64,000 nucleotides of DNA, taken from NCBI GenBank assembly GCA_965153285.1, contig OZ229121.1. One strand, given 5' to 3'. Below are positions 1 through 13,200 of this stretch, piece after piece. The translations under genes were made by a program, and so were the position numbers. Within the stretch, counting starts at the first letter, position 1, and every line of letters begins with the position of its first letter. This stretch comes from Podarcis tiliguerta. Its lineage: Eukaryota. Below the pieces are notes generated by a model that was given only the letters and a program-made list of their open reading frames with translations, did not search any database and had not been told where the DNA came from.

Positions 1-1162
1 CTATCTCACAGGGTTGCTATGATTATAAAATGATACTGCTAGTGCTGGGAGAGAGAACGATCTATCTTGCCTTGAGTTCCTTCGAGAAAGGGCAGCATAT
101 ATAAATGTAATAAATAAATACCGTACATATAAATAATGACAAGCTGATGGATACTGATCCAACAGGGAAAGAGAGTATTGACCACATTTGTCTTTTATGT
201 ACCACTGACCAAGACCCATGGCATGCTAACAATACCAGCTCCCAAGAGAATTTAACAGAATTATGAATTCTAAATGAAGGCTGCGGAGAAGTTCTGATGG
301 GCAGAGAACTGATGGCATCAAAGTGGAAACATTAATTCCGGAAACATTTTAAACATTTAGAGAACTGACATAGACTTAATTGGGTGCTTTGTACTGAGCC
401 AAAAGGTTGTCCAAACTCATTTGTAAATTGGCTATGCAGCTGCTAAGAGTGAGGTCACTCCCTGAAGCAGTGCAAGGAGTCCATGTGTGGGAAGAACATG
501 TTCTCCCAAAACAGACTCTGGTGGGAAAGAGAATGTTATCTTGTGCAATGCTGTTCCTGTGACACCTTGAACTTAGGAAACAATACAATACATTTTGAAT
601 TTTGATCTGAGTATTGTAAGTAATTAATTATGACAATGCAGTGCTTAGGTACTGCATATATAAACCCAGCAGCACTGATGTGTACTGTTAAAATATTAGG
701 TTTTGACCCAGAATACCGAGGTTCAAATCTCTGTTCAACCATTTAGTTTACTGAATGAGTCACTATTGGTCAACATACCCCGTGAAGCCCCTGTACTCTA
801 AAATACGCCATTAACATTATTAAATAATACTAAATTGATGCATAGTTGTTTCATTACACAGCTTTTTATTCCATCACAAGTCCTGGCTATCACTGCTCCC
901 CCTTCTCATTTCATTCAACTCATATATTTATTAGAAAGTGCATCTTAAAGTGTGGTATTATGAATCATGTTAAACTAATACACAGCTGCTTCATTAAATA
1001 GGTATTTCTCTTCCCATGCCCTATCAATTTTCCCACCCCCTTTCTCACATCATTTGTGAATAATATTTATTAAGAAGTGCATTTTTGGAAATGAAAAGGT
1101 GAACATAGGAACTATTGGGAGGAATGGAGGAAAACTTGCTCTACATGGATCTCTACTTAAAG

Positions 1163-1295
1163 CAGGGATGGGAACTCTGTGAACCTCCAATTTTTGGTGA
1201 ACTGCAACTCCCATTACCCCTAATCATTGGCCAGACTGGCTGGGGCTGATGGGAGTTGGAGTCTAAGTTCTAACAGCATTGGAGGGTTGCCCTTA
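1163..1295. mobile_element. Short non-autonomous DNA transposon (hAT-like MITE remnant)
   Basis: caggg start and internal inverted motif caactccca...tgggagttg. Related decayed copies lie at about 23530-23657 and 56459-56580. Confidence 0.55.
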
Positions 1296-1422
1296 ACAAA
1301 AGGATCCCAGTTCAGCAGGCCTGTTGAAAACACTTGAGGAGGCACCATGAGATGGAGTAGCAATATTGGGGAAAACAGACAAGTAGGCTGAGCCAGTATA
1401 AAACACGTTCCTATAGTAGCCT

Positions 1423-1767
1423 GCAGGTGGCGCTGTGGGTTGAACCACACAGCCTAGGACTTGCCGACCAGAAGGTCAGCGGTTCGAATCCCCGTGACGG
1501 GGTGAGGTCCTGTTGCTCGGTCCCTGCTCCTGCCAACCTAGCAGTTCGAAAGCACATCAAAGTGCAAGTAGATAAATAGGTACTGCTCTGGCAGGAAGGT
1601 GAACGGCGTTTCTGTGCGCTGCTCTGGTTCGCCAGAAGCGGCTTAGTCATGCTGGCCACATGACCCGGAAGCTGTATGCCAGCTCCCTCGGCCAATAAAG
1701 CGAGATGAGCGCTGCAACCCCAGAGTCGGTCACGACTGGACCTAATGGTCAGGGGTCCCTTTACCTT
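1423..1767 (+). mobile_element. Sauria/Squam1-type SINE, slightly 5'-truncated
   Basis: tRNA-like head (ggtggcgctgtgggtt...ggttcgaatccc), acctttt-type tail, 11-bp TSD tatagtagcct (1412-1422 / 1768-1778). Confidence 0.9.
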
Positions 1768-1780
1768 TATAGTAGCCTAC

Positions 1781-2040
1781 TGGGTTGCCAGGTTTCAAAA
1801 ATTGAAAATCAGGACACAAATGTCATTGAGCTTTTTGTTTTGGTTGCAAAAAACCACCACCACCATGTTTTTGATCTATTTTTAAAGGAGAATTGGCAAA
1901 AACAACACTGCCAATATGGGTAGCATTACGTCCGGATTTCCCCAGACATTTTATTTTTTTGGATGATTTTCACCCAGGCGCTGCTTCCAACCACAGTGTT
2001 CTGGGTATGTCCAGGAAATTCCGGACGTCTGGCAACCTTA
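1781..2040. mobile_element. MITE with gggttgccag...ctggcaacc terminal inverted repeats
   Basis: TIRs visible at both ends; internal tccggatttcc/ggaaattccgga inverted motif. Confidence 0.6.
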
Positions 2041-2044
2041 TATC

Positions 2045-2194
2045 CAGTGCTTTTTTCCCCTTTAAAAAAGTTTAGGGGTACTCTCATTTTCCGCTCATAT
2101 TGAAATACTGCCCCTCAATGAGGTCAAACTTAGATTCACAAAATGTTTAGGGGTATGCATCCCCCTGTGTCCCACCAGGGAAAAAAAATCACTG
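2045..2194. mobile_element. hAT-type MITE
   Basis: TIR cagtgctttttt...aaaaaatcactg; 8-bp TSD cttatatc (2037-2044 / 2195-2202). Confidence 0.85.
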
Positions 2195-2859
2195 CTTATA
2201 TCTGCACCTTGAAATATGGCTCAGTTAAAAATATCCATATCGGCTTCTTCCTATATGGATGCACTTTATTCCTGTGTGCATCTGATCCCTTCCTCTCTGA
2301 GGCTCAGCTCTGCACGGGGACCTGCTGCCCCATTGTGCATCCTACTGCCTGAGGCGGTTGCCTTACTTTGCCTCATGGGTGGGCCGGCCCTGGGCTGAAA
2401 ACCAAGAGGGTGGAAGACTCAGTGGCAACTCCTTCCGAATACAAACGCGCATGTAGGACCACACCGTTAGGCTCCTACTCATCCACCGAGTTACTTCAGC
2501 TTCCGAAGCAGCCATTTGTTATGGGGGCTGCGGGGAAAACACCTAATGATCTCATCCGCCATAGTTGTTTGTGGATTAGGACCGCAGGTTTTATTTTTTT
2601 ATTTCCCCTCAAGGGGTCCGTTTTAAACACTGTGAAAGCAGGATTGCCTGAGCGGCTTCCAAGGGCCGCGCACAGCGATTCATTCTTCCTCGGGCCACGA
2701 AGGGATGTGGTTAAAAACGCCCCACACTGCCTCTCAAGCACCGTCGACGCCTATTCAGACAACCCCCTGAAGCAATTTATTCCCCCTCGCTCGATTTCTC
2801 TCGTGTTTGTGTATGTGTTCTGTGTACTCAAGAGGGACTTTTACTTCTAAACAGCAGCG

Positions 2860-4000
2860 TGCATGGGGCGGGGACGGAGAGGCACGCCGCCCTGCATGAA
2901 GGGCTCCCCTTGAGTGAGGAGGAGGAAGGTCGCGCCGTAAATCCCCCTCTGCCTCTGAGGAGAGAGACAGAGAGAGAGAGACAGAAGAGAGAGAGCCGCC
3001 TCGCCTCTCCGCGTCATCCCTCCGGCCCAGGAGGAGGAGGAGGAGGAGCCGCATTCCCGCGCCGATTGGTCGGCGCTGCTGCCAGTCGCGCAGGCGGGCG
3101 AGGGGCGCGGCCAAGCGTAGAGCCGGCTCGGCTCCCGGCGAGAGCAAAAAAGGGAAAGAAAAAAAAGCGGCCGGCCGAGTCAGGAGCCTCGTTGTGCGGT
3201 CGACGTCGACGACAGAAGAAGGAACAGTGCCGGCTTGTAGTAGTAATAGTAGTGCCAGTACCATTATTCCTTCCAGCGCAGCCACCCTCTCTCCTCCCGA
3301 GCCCTGACCATGGACGAGGAGCGGTCGGGGGAGCAGATGAGACCGCTACTCACAACGGTAACTGAAGAGCGGCGGGAGGAGGCGGGATGGCAGTTGGCGG
3401 TTGCGCGCGAGGGAGGGAGGGGGGGACGTGGAGGGAGGCGCTCGCGCCCCTTTATCTCTCCCGCCTTTCCCCTGGGCTGAGGGCTCGGGCGGCCGTTGCT
3501 GCCGCCGCCGCCGCCGCTGCGCCTCTTTGTGGGGGCGGAGCCCCACCGAGCGCCTCACTGGGCTCCCTGGCTCTGTGAAGGGGAAGCGGCGCCGGATTAA
3601 TGCCCGAGGACGCGACACAAAGCCAGGCGCTCTTTTCTTTCCGGTCTTGAGTCTCCCCCTCACACACACAAACCGACAGGTGTCAGTCTCTCTCCTTCGC
3701 CTCCCCTCAGCCCTTCCTTCCACTTCGCGCTTCCTCTTCCCCCCCGCTTCATCTCCGCAGCCAAACACTACTAACAATAACAACAGGAGCAATAATGTTG
3801 TGACACGTGGATGGAATTAAGACTCGAGGGTGTGTGCGGGGGGGGGGGGGCGGCGGTTTTCTTGCTCATGGAAACATTTCTCATCAGCATCATCTCCGCC
3901 GAATGAATCCTCCACTTGGCGCGTGTGAGGAAATGGAGGGAGGCGCGCGTCTCCTTCCTTTCCACAACCAGCTCCTGCTGGTCTGGGCTCATTGCTTTTG
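2860..4000. promoter_or_regulatory. CpG island / promoter and first exon region of SLC4A7
   Basis: Sharp rise in GC and CpG against an AT-rich background. Reverse CCAAT (gattgg, about 3064), GC-box-like runs, (GGA)n and (GCC)n tracts surround the first ATG. Boundaries are approximate. Confidence 0.85.
3310..3357 (+). CDS. SLC4A7: SLC4A7 coding exon 1 (MEAD-type N-terminus)
   Basis: accATGG Kozak; [16 protein letters not shown] resembles mammalian [16 protein letters not shown]; donor ACG|gtaact, phase 0. Confidence 0.92.
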
Positions 4001-4220
4001 TTCAGGCTCAAGAGCTCTTGATAGGGTGAGGGGTGGGCAGAGAGGGAGAGGGAGGGGGGAGCCTGGTTCTTTGTTCGAAGCTCCCCCCCCTCCCTTCTCC
4101 CTCTTACCCTTCTAACGTGCTCCCTTCATTCGGGCTGGGAAGTGTCAAACGGGGTAAAGGAGGATACATAATAGGCAGGCTGCAGCGGGTCAGGGCTGGC
4201 CTCTGCTGCCCTATGGGAAC

Positions 4221-4261
<41 letters not shown>

Positions 4262-7200
4262 TAAAAGGACATGTGTCCTGGGCACAGTGCAGCAGGCGAG
4301 GTAGGGGCATCTCCAGTGAGATGCCTTGCTTGCCTTCCGTCCTCCTGCTCCTCTTGACTCCTTTGTGAGTGCAAACACATGGCTAACCCGAAGCAGCTCT
4401 TTTGTCCTCAGAGCTCAAGGAAGTGGCAGATAACTCAGCAGTGATTCACTTTACTTCCTTTCATGGCTGGGGGTGAAATGAGGCGCAGTCTGTCTCTTCC
4501 CCGCCACCCCACCCTTCCCCGCTTTTTAAAGTGGTACTAGGAAGAAAAACATTAGTGGTTCATCACAGATTTTTTTTTTTTTTTTGCCCCCTTGCGTTTT
4601 AGATGAGTTAGCCAGGATTTTTACTGAGTGTTTCCATGACTTTGTCCTGCTGCTAAGGTTGCGTTCATTCCCAAGGTTCCTTTGGACTGTGCCGTGGCAC
4701 ATAATCTAGTTTTAAATGGCACTAGGAGATGGAGAGCTCTTCTTATAGCAAACAAAGTTAGGCGAGTGAACAACCCAGTGTAAAAGCTTTCCCTCTACTT
4801 CATTTGACTTGTAATATGTATTAGTACCATGTGGCAAACAATTTAAGTACTGGATTTAACTTGATTGCTGCACATTAGGATCTACATCTACAGCAAATTG
4901 TTCGATATAATCTAAGTAGAAAGGTAGTGGTCTATTTTTTCATTGGTATGGTAATACAGTTTTGGTGGACTATATTGTGGGTAGTATTGAACTATGTATT
5001 ACCTAATTAGAGTATGCCTATTTAAATGAAAGTAAATAAATGTCAAATTAATGTGGTTTATGCACATTGGAGGTGGCATAATAAATAATGCTAACTTGCA
5101 CAAAAGACAGTAATAGAAAAAGAGTTATTACTCCTGGTCTATGATGAGGGGAACAAAAGTAGGGCTCCTAAGATCTCTTGGACAAAGAGTCAAGAGTCTT
5201 TAGCTTCAGGTTTGCCAACAGCCACAAACAAGGGGGGGGGGAGCCACAGGATTTGCTCCTTTCCTGTGGTTAGTAGATGTCCTTAAATCCAAATACAGTA
5301 ATGTCTGATCTTTTTGATATCCAGCTGTCACACAGAAGTGACACTTGGAAACCATGCCAGGTTTTTTGCCTGGAGTGTATCTCTAAAAGTTACTTGCCCA
5401 GTTGTTTGCCAAGGCTTCTGGTGTGGAAAGACTCCACAGTTATAGCAGTTTTCATTTGGCAGGGATTCAGGTCTCTCATCTTAGCACTGCTTTCATTTAT
5501 ATACCACCTCTGCCCTCCACCTTGCCTCATCTGAGTGTTGCTTGTAACTAGGGCTAAGTGTCTGGCAGCAGACAAGCAGAATGTTACTTTGGGAAGGGTA
5601 GTGTGTAAGAAAGGGAGGATGCATTTGATCCGATTGCTGATTCTGCAGTGGTTCCTTTGACCCTGTGGGTTCTTGTGCTCTTTGGCTATCCTCTCATTAT
5701 GCTGAGTATGAGTGATCTGTTGCAAATATATTTTGTTTTGTTTTTGGTCATAGTTTTTGAGGGAATAATTTTGCATCTTTTGAATTCTTACAGATTACAG
5801 AAGGAGGCGGTCGTTCCAGCTTCTTGAAGGAGGTGGGGGCCCATTAATCTTTTGAGTAGAGAAACGCATGACTACAAAAATTGAATTGCTACATTTACTT
5901 TTAAGATATATTTTTACATAGGAGACTATGATATATTCACTGAAAGATGCTAGAGAAGATTGGATTTGGTTTTACAATCATGGAGAGGGTTAATGGTTCC
6001 TGTTCTCATAAACTTACATAGATTGTGGTCTGCCTAGTTCTCTTTTCCTGTCTAGGAAGAAAAGAGCACTCATTTATTTTAATATGAAAGTGTTTTTATA
6101 ATAAAACGGATGTAGACCTGTGCGTATTTCCTTTTTGCAACAATTAGCTCTTCAGCTACGTGTAGTTCTAGAATGTTCAATTGCACCTCCTTTTTTGCTT
6201 TGTGGCAATGATTTTTGATCAGGCCTTTTTATCATTTACAGTTTGAAGCACCATATACGGTATAGGTTTTCTGAACCTATCTGGAGGCTTTCACAGTAAT
6301 ATTACAAGTACTAATAATATTTCACAAGTAATATTAACCATTCTTCTCAGGCAACCTTTCTATGGAATATGCCAGCATTAGGATTTAATGTTTTGCTAGA
6401 AGTTGGATCTGTGTTGATCTTCTGATGAAGCGTCTTGCATGCGAACTTTTTGGAGGGTTTCCTATTGACTACTATGAAAATTCCTTGAAAGTAAAAGGCA
6501 GCATCACATTTTATCCGGCACTTATGATAAATCATGGTGTGAATGCCCTAGGAAGATAAGCAAATCTTACTGCACCTTATACATATGTAGGATCCTGCAT
6601 ATTATAATCTACACATCTATAGCATCCTGAGTGCTTCTCAGAAATCTGTTCTTGGAAATCTGGAAGGGTATTTTTGGAACATTTGAAATGAGCCTACAGC
6701 TTCCTACAGTATCTGTTGAGGGTCATTTAATCAATCTTAAACTAACCAATCCACTAAAATAGCTTTAATTATTTATTACTATTCTCTTCTGCACCGATGA
6801 TTCATGTAGGTGCATCCGTGTCCATGGTTGCAATTAGTTGTACCAGGTGGCTATTGGATATGAGAGAAAGGGGTGAACTTCACCCCATGGCCTACTAGTA
6901 AGCACAGCACTCGCCTCCTTTTGAGTTACCTGAAGTAGGTGGAACAAGAAAAGATGAACATGCTGGAAAGAGGGTTCCTCTCTTTGCATGCATGCTAATC
7001 TATTTCCTGTTCTGTTGGAGATTAAGAAGATGAAAGGGACTAATAAGTGAACTAGATAATTTCCTAGCATTTAATGAACCTGAGATAAGGATGGAATTCT
7101 TCAGATTCTAATGTAGAACATTTCCCTCTGGTTTGATCCAACTCAATTACCATTTAATATTTCAAAAAGTCATGGCTGCCTTTATATAGCTGTCTAAAAA

Positions 7201-10200
7201 TGCAATACTGAAATATAATAAATGCCAGACTATCCTAAAAAGGCAAGGAACTATATGTATTTGTGCAGTGCTATTTAGCTCTTGTTTATACAACTGAATA
7301 TAGCTGGAATAGTCCCCCCCCCCAAAAAAATATGATGAAAATACATTGGGTGAAATATTTTCTACCTGCTATTGCTCTGACTTTCCTGTATATGCATATT
7401 GTGCCTTGTGTTTTATTTTGTTAGCTAATAGTGGGACTGTGCATAGGATTTCACAGACGTGTGTGCCAGAAAAAAATGTCTTAACTCAAAATAGCTTGTA
7501 CATATGGGTTCCTGCTATAGAATTACACAAACTTGTCACCTGATGGCATTGTCCTTCATAAATCACATTCAGTCATTACTCCGTTATGAGGTTGGTTCTT
7601 CATCATTCTCACAGGACTTAAGTATTTTGGCTTAAAACATTTGGTTGCAATGTTGTCATATTTTTTTTTGTTCTTTTTATTGACTCTTCCAAAAGCCAGC
7701 TAAATTGAGGTTATGTACTTAGTTTGCAATAACAAATCTACTTGATTAGCCTGCTTCTAAACTAGTGAAAATAAGAAAGGGTATTAGCTGAGGACTTAAT
7801 CAAGACACCTTTTGAACGAAGCATTTTGCTAAGCCGAATTTCATGGTTCCTGACAATAATTCTAACTTTATTTTGCACCTTGAGTGAGCTTTAGCTAACC
7901 TTGTAAGTAATTGTACACACAATTCTAGATAATATGCAGCTCTATAAAATAGCCTGAAGTGTAAGAATAGGATTACAAATCCACATATGATACTGTGTGC
8001 ATTGGTTTTATATTGCTCCAGAGTTAGCTTGCAGATACCCCACTGAAAATAATGACAAAACTTAATATTGATTTTGATGGCCTAGGTCTAGGACTACACT
8101 GAAGAGAATCATGTGATGGAATATTTTATGGTGCACAGAAGCTCTTATCTTAATAGAAGCAGGATAGATTAAAAAAAAAAAATCCTCAAATGAGATGCAG
8201 AGAAGAGAGGGGAATTAAGAAGGCTAATGCCAGGGAAGCCCTAAGAGGAAAGGCAGAGGAGAATAATAGCATCATCAATTCATTCAAATTCAGTAGATAG
8301 GTCAAGGAGTTTTTTCTAATATAAGACACTCATATAAGCACCCACCTAGCATTTGAGACTTTCTGATGATGACCTGATCTTTATTACATCCCATGGGGAT
8401 TCTAAATTACCGGTAGTCCCTGCTGGGACAAGGCCTAATGCTCTGAAGTTCTCTTGATAGAGGTGTATAGCTGCTTCCTTCTGCCTTTTTGAAAATATAA
8501 ACTTCCTTTTTGAGAATCTTTGAGAATTATTTCTTGCCTACAGAATTATTTTGTGTGTCTGTGTTTGCCTTAATTTTGTTGATGATGCAGGGCTGGGGGG
8601 TGGGGAACTGATGGGACATGCAAAATAACAAAGAATTTCTTAGGTGAAGGACCAGGGCTTGCATACAATAGTTAGAAACTGTTTGACCTGCCTAGTAAGA
8701 TTCTGACAAGAGGTAGCTCGGTACAGTTCAGCTGCTGAAAACCTTTGAACAAAATTGCTCACTCATAATATGTTCCGTTCTACTTCTGTCATTTCTGACG
8801 GGTAATTTTGAGATGTGTTCTTGTTGTCCCCCCACCCCATCTCCTTTTTAAAATGAAGGCTGGGAGTGTCAGCTCAGGACTTTTGACATATTTGAATATG
8901 CGATTTACAAACACTTCTAAATAATGATATATCTCACTTTAAGCTGAAACATAGTTTAGAGGTACTGCTCTAATTCTTCAGTGAGAATTTTTGTTGTTTA
9001 TGGTTTAGTTTGCTTTTACAAATATAGGATGTTCTGTTGCAGAGGCACTAGAGGGCACTGCTCTCATATCTTGGTTAGAGAAATCCTGTGTTACGAAAAT
9101 GCACATAATATGTGGAAAGCCAGTGAGGACTTCATTTATAACATTTTAGGCTGTAATCTTATACATAATTACCTGGGAATAAACCCCATTGAACTCAGTT
9201 GGAGGTTTTAGATGAGCTGAGAGGTAAGTAGTGAAGAAAGGAGAAATCATGAAGGAAGAATATACACAAATAGCCAAGGTAAGATGGGCCAGAGCTCAGA
9301 ATAAACTCACGCTTGCAAGAGAGGTTAGAAGATGGGTAGGCAAACTAAGGCCCGGGGGCCGAATCTGGCCCAATCGCCTTCTAAATCTGGAATGCGGATG
9401 GTCTGGGAATCAGTGTGTTTTTACATGAGTAGAATGTGCCCTTTTATTTAAAATGCATCTCTGGGTTATTTATGGGCCGTAGGAATTCGTTCTCTCCCCC
9501 CCCCCCAATATAGTCCGGCCCCCCACAAGGCCGAAGGGACAGTGGACCGGCCCTCTGCTGAAAAAGTTTGTTGACCTCTGGGTTAGAAATAAAAACGGTT
9601 TTTGTGGCTATGTTCAAAGCAAGAGGAAGAACAATCAAGTAGTAGGTCCCTTGCTTGGAGAAGATGGGGAAATGCTCACTAACACGTTATCTTGGAAAAA
9701 CTGACAAGTGGGGTGCCTCAGGGTTCTGTCCTAGCCCTGTTGTTGTTCAAATTCATTATAAACAACTTGGATGAAGGAATTGAGGGGATGCTCATCAAAT
9801 TTGCAGATGACACCAAACTAGGAGGGGTAGTCAAAGCCGCTGAAGACATTATCTGGATTCAAGATTACCTTAACAGACTGGAAAACGGGGCCAAAATGAA
9901 TTTCAAGAGGGACAGATGTCAGGTTCTACACGTAGGCAGGAAGAACCAGCTGCAAAAATATAAAATGGAGCTAGGCCCCTTCCAACTCTGTGATTCTGTG
10001 ACATCTGGTTTACCAGTAGGACTTGTGAAAAGGATCTAGGGGTCTTAATAGATCACAAGTTTAACATGAGTCTATAATATGATGCTGCAGCAACAACAAC
10101 AACAAAACTAATGTTATTTTAAGCTGCATCAACAGAAGTATAGTGTCCTGACCAAGGGAAATAATAGTCCTGCTCTATTCTGCCTTGGTCAAACAGACCA

Positions 10201-13200
10201 TACCTGGAGTACAGTCTCCAGTTTTGGGCACTATGATTTAAGAAGGATATTGACAAGCTGGAATGTGTGCAGAGGAGGTTGACCAAGATAATCAAGAGTC
10301 TGGAAACCAAGCCTTATGAGGAACAGTTGAGGGAGTTGGATCTGTTTAGCTTGGTAAAGAGGAGACTGAGAACATATATGATAGCAACCTTCAAGTATCT
10401 AAAGGGCAGTCACATGGAGTATTGAGTGTTTTCTCCTGTTCTGGAGGCTAGGACCCGAAATAATAGATTCAAGTTACAAGAATATACATTACCACTAAAC
10501 ATAAGGAACAGGAAGAACTTTCTGTCACTAAGAGCTGTTCGACGGTAGAACAGTCTCCCATGAGAAGTGATGGACTCTTCATCCTTGGAGGTTTTTAAGC
10601 AGAGGCCGGATGGCCATCTGTCATGCATGATTTAGTTGAGATTCCTGCACAGGGATTTGGACTACATGACCCTCAGGGATCCCTTCCAGCTCTACAGTTT
10701 TGTGAGTCTCTGATTTGACTTCTGAGTACAGTTGTTCCTCCCTTTGCGTCTGGGATTTGTTCCGGAGCCCTGGATGCTCAATGAAAGGGACACTCAACAA
10801 AGTGCTGCTCTGCGCATGCGTGAAGCGTGATTTAGCACTTCTGCGCATGCGGCAAACCCGGAAGCACCCAGTTCCGGTACTTCCGGGTTTGCCACAGACG
10901 TTGGACAAAGTGGACCCTAAACGGGACGGACTCAAAACGAGGTACCACTGTAGATGTGTCAGATTACACTGCACACTTGGCACTCCTGAAGCTAGTATCT
11001 TGGTCATGGCAATAAGCCATACTTGTGAATAGATACAGCTATTCTTTTCTTCATATATAAAGCCTTCAGCGTGTTGTGGGGTACTTAAAGTGTGTGTGGA
11101 CAGGATACATGGATCATACTTCAACTACAAATAAAACTTAACTAGTTTGACATCTATGGAAATTGAAGTGCACTTGTGCTAATAGCAGAAAGGGTGCTGC
11201 AACAGGTAATGAACCTAGGAAGTGATCTAGTTAGCACAGAAAGCCAAACCATGACTTAGCATGAATGAGAATACATGCAGGTTGTTGGAGCAAATTTTGC
11301 AGCCACAGTGCTCCTTCTGAGCCATGATTTGTCTTAGCATTGTGTTCAAACCCAGGCTTGTGGTTTGTACCTTCAGACAAACTCCAAGTGATAAGGCAAG
11401 AACAAACTTTTTTTACAGCTTGTGACTTGCTTGTCTCACTCCCAACATTCAGGTGCAATGCTTTACCAAACCATGGCTTTTCCCTGGGTAGCATGAGAGC
11501 AGAACGGCTGAGCGCAGAACACCTGAGTGAGGAGCAATAGAGCTTTGATCTTTGCTTGAGCAACCTGCACATTACTGCCAAACCCTGGTTTAGCTTAGTG
11601 TTAAGTGCAAGTGGGGTCATTGTGTTCTTTAAAATATCTGCTTGTGTATAAAATATGTGTTTGGAATGTGACTGGAAACATATCACAGGCATTCAAATAG
11701 CTTTTGTATAATGATTCCAAATTATTACTTGCTTCCTTGTTTCTGGTACATATGGATGTGTGGTGGTTCCTCTTCAGACTGTAGTGTTAAGTGTTGATAG
11801 CAAAAAAAAAGGTGATTTAAAAATATTGCTTGATACTAATTCTTCATGAGCAATGGGATTCAATAGAATATTTAATATAGTGATGAACAGCATATGCAGT
11901 ATTTTGGATTCAAAATATACTGAAATAAAGTCTCAAGGCTTTCTTCAGATGATCTAATGAGAAACCATTTATATGAATGTGAAAGTGTGTGTTTGTAATC
12001 AAGAAAAGAGGAATGCCTTGCTTCCATAGGTGGTCAGAATATCAGCAGGGTAAAAGATGCTTATTCTTGAGGCTAGCTTTATGTTGCCAGGAGATTGAGA
12101 AAAGGAGCGGCTGACATTATCTGACAGTTCTTTTCCTTCAGCAGCTCTGATGATATTCTTAAGAAAATAATTTATTGTTTGCTCTGGCAATAATCACTTT
12201 TGCCTAGTCAGGGGAGATTGTAGAAGCAATTAAGAACTGCACTCATGTTTTCAAATTTTGAATGTCTGGTGAATGCATTTAGTTCATATGACAATTTGTA
12301 TGACATTTAGATTAGTGCACAAAAGAACATGCTTGAAATTGAGGTCTAGAGTTGTACTCTGGTTCAGAGGAAAGCTTGGGATAGACTATCAGCAATACTT
12401 CAGAGGAACACATTGTGTGTTGAGTTCTCTTTATTTTTATTGAGTGTAAAGCTAAAGTGGCACAGGCCTAGGCTAAACAGAGTCTATTCCTAACTCCTGA
12501 AGTAGTAGTAGCTTAGTACAGTATGTTCTGTCACAGTGATGAAAGGAGGACCAAGCTGGAAATGCCAAAAAGTGCTTCTGCTGATTGACCTAGTTCTATA
12601 AGAACAAAATCTATTTGTTTCACTCTTTGTTGAGACTTGATGCATTCAGTGTATCTGCACTATCTTTCTTCAAGTCACACTGCTGCTAGTGTTCACTTAA
12701 ATTAATCATCTGTAATGGAATCTACTTAAGCAGCGTTTTGGAAACTGCAAGCTGCTTAGTGTAGTGAAAAATAGACTCTTAAAATCAGATTATATGATAT
12801 GCAATTTCTAATTACTCTTGGCTATTACTCTTGCCTATATTTGAATACCCTAGACAAGGCAGTGGCATGTTTTGAATTGAAGGACAATGGTTCTTCCCCC
12901 ACTTCCCTCTCCAGTTCAAGAGACACTAAAATCAATTTAGCGGGTATATCAGACCTTTTACAAATCTAATTATATGCTGCTAAACAGCAAGGGCCCCCAA
13001 AGGCCAAAATGGAAATTTTTACATATTTCACTCACTAGAGCTGCGTAGTTAATTATATAGCTGTTCTTGCTCACACGCTTGTCAGTCTCTGATTATAGTG
13101 ACCACCAGCCATTCGAAATTAATTTTGTATTATTTGCCTATAGGGATGGGGCTGGCCCTGTGTCATTCTGTCTGACAACCAAATTCCTATTTACCTAGTA

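Noticed and set aside
1411-1923. Repeated ORFs [14 protein letters not shown] / MSAATPES, also at 15765-16316
   Set aside because: These are translations of Sauria SINE copies, not a duplicated gene
2368-4380. Cluster of long overlapping ORFs on both strands (up to 176 aa)
   Set aside because: Stop-codon depletion in a GC-rich CpG island plus microsatellite translations (poly-G, A, N, L, I); no recognisable domain
5980-6021. ATG GAG AGG (MER...) as a possible MERF first exon
   Set aside because: Continues [13 protein letters not shown] to a stop, with no good phase-0 donor
11230-11610. Recurrent aaaccatggttt-type palindromes (also near 17090-17240, 39590-39625, 46940-46990 and 62260-62520)
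   Set aside because: Probably old MITE remnants of one family, but I could not define boundaries or TSDs reliably
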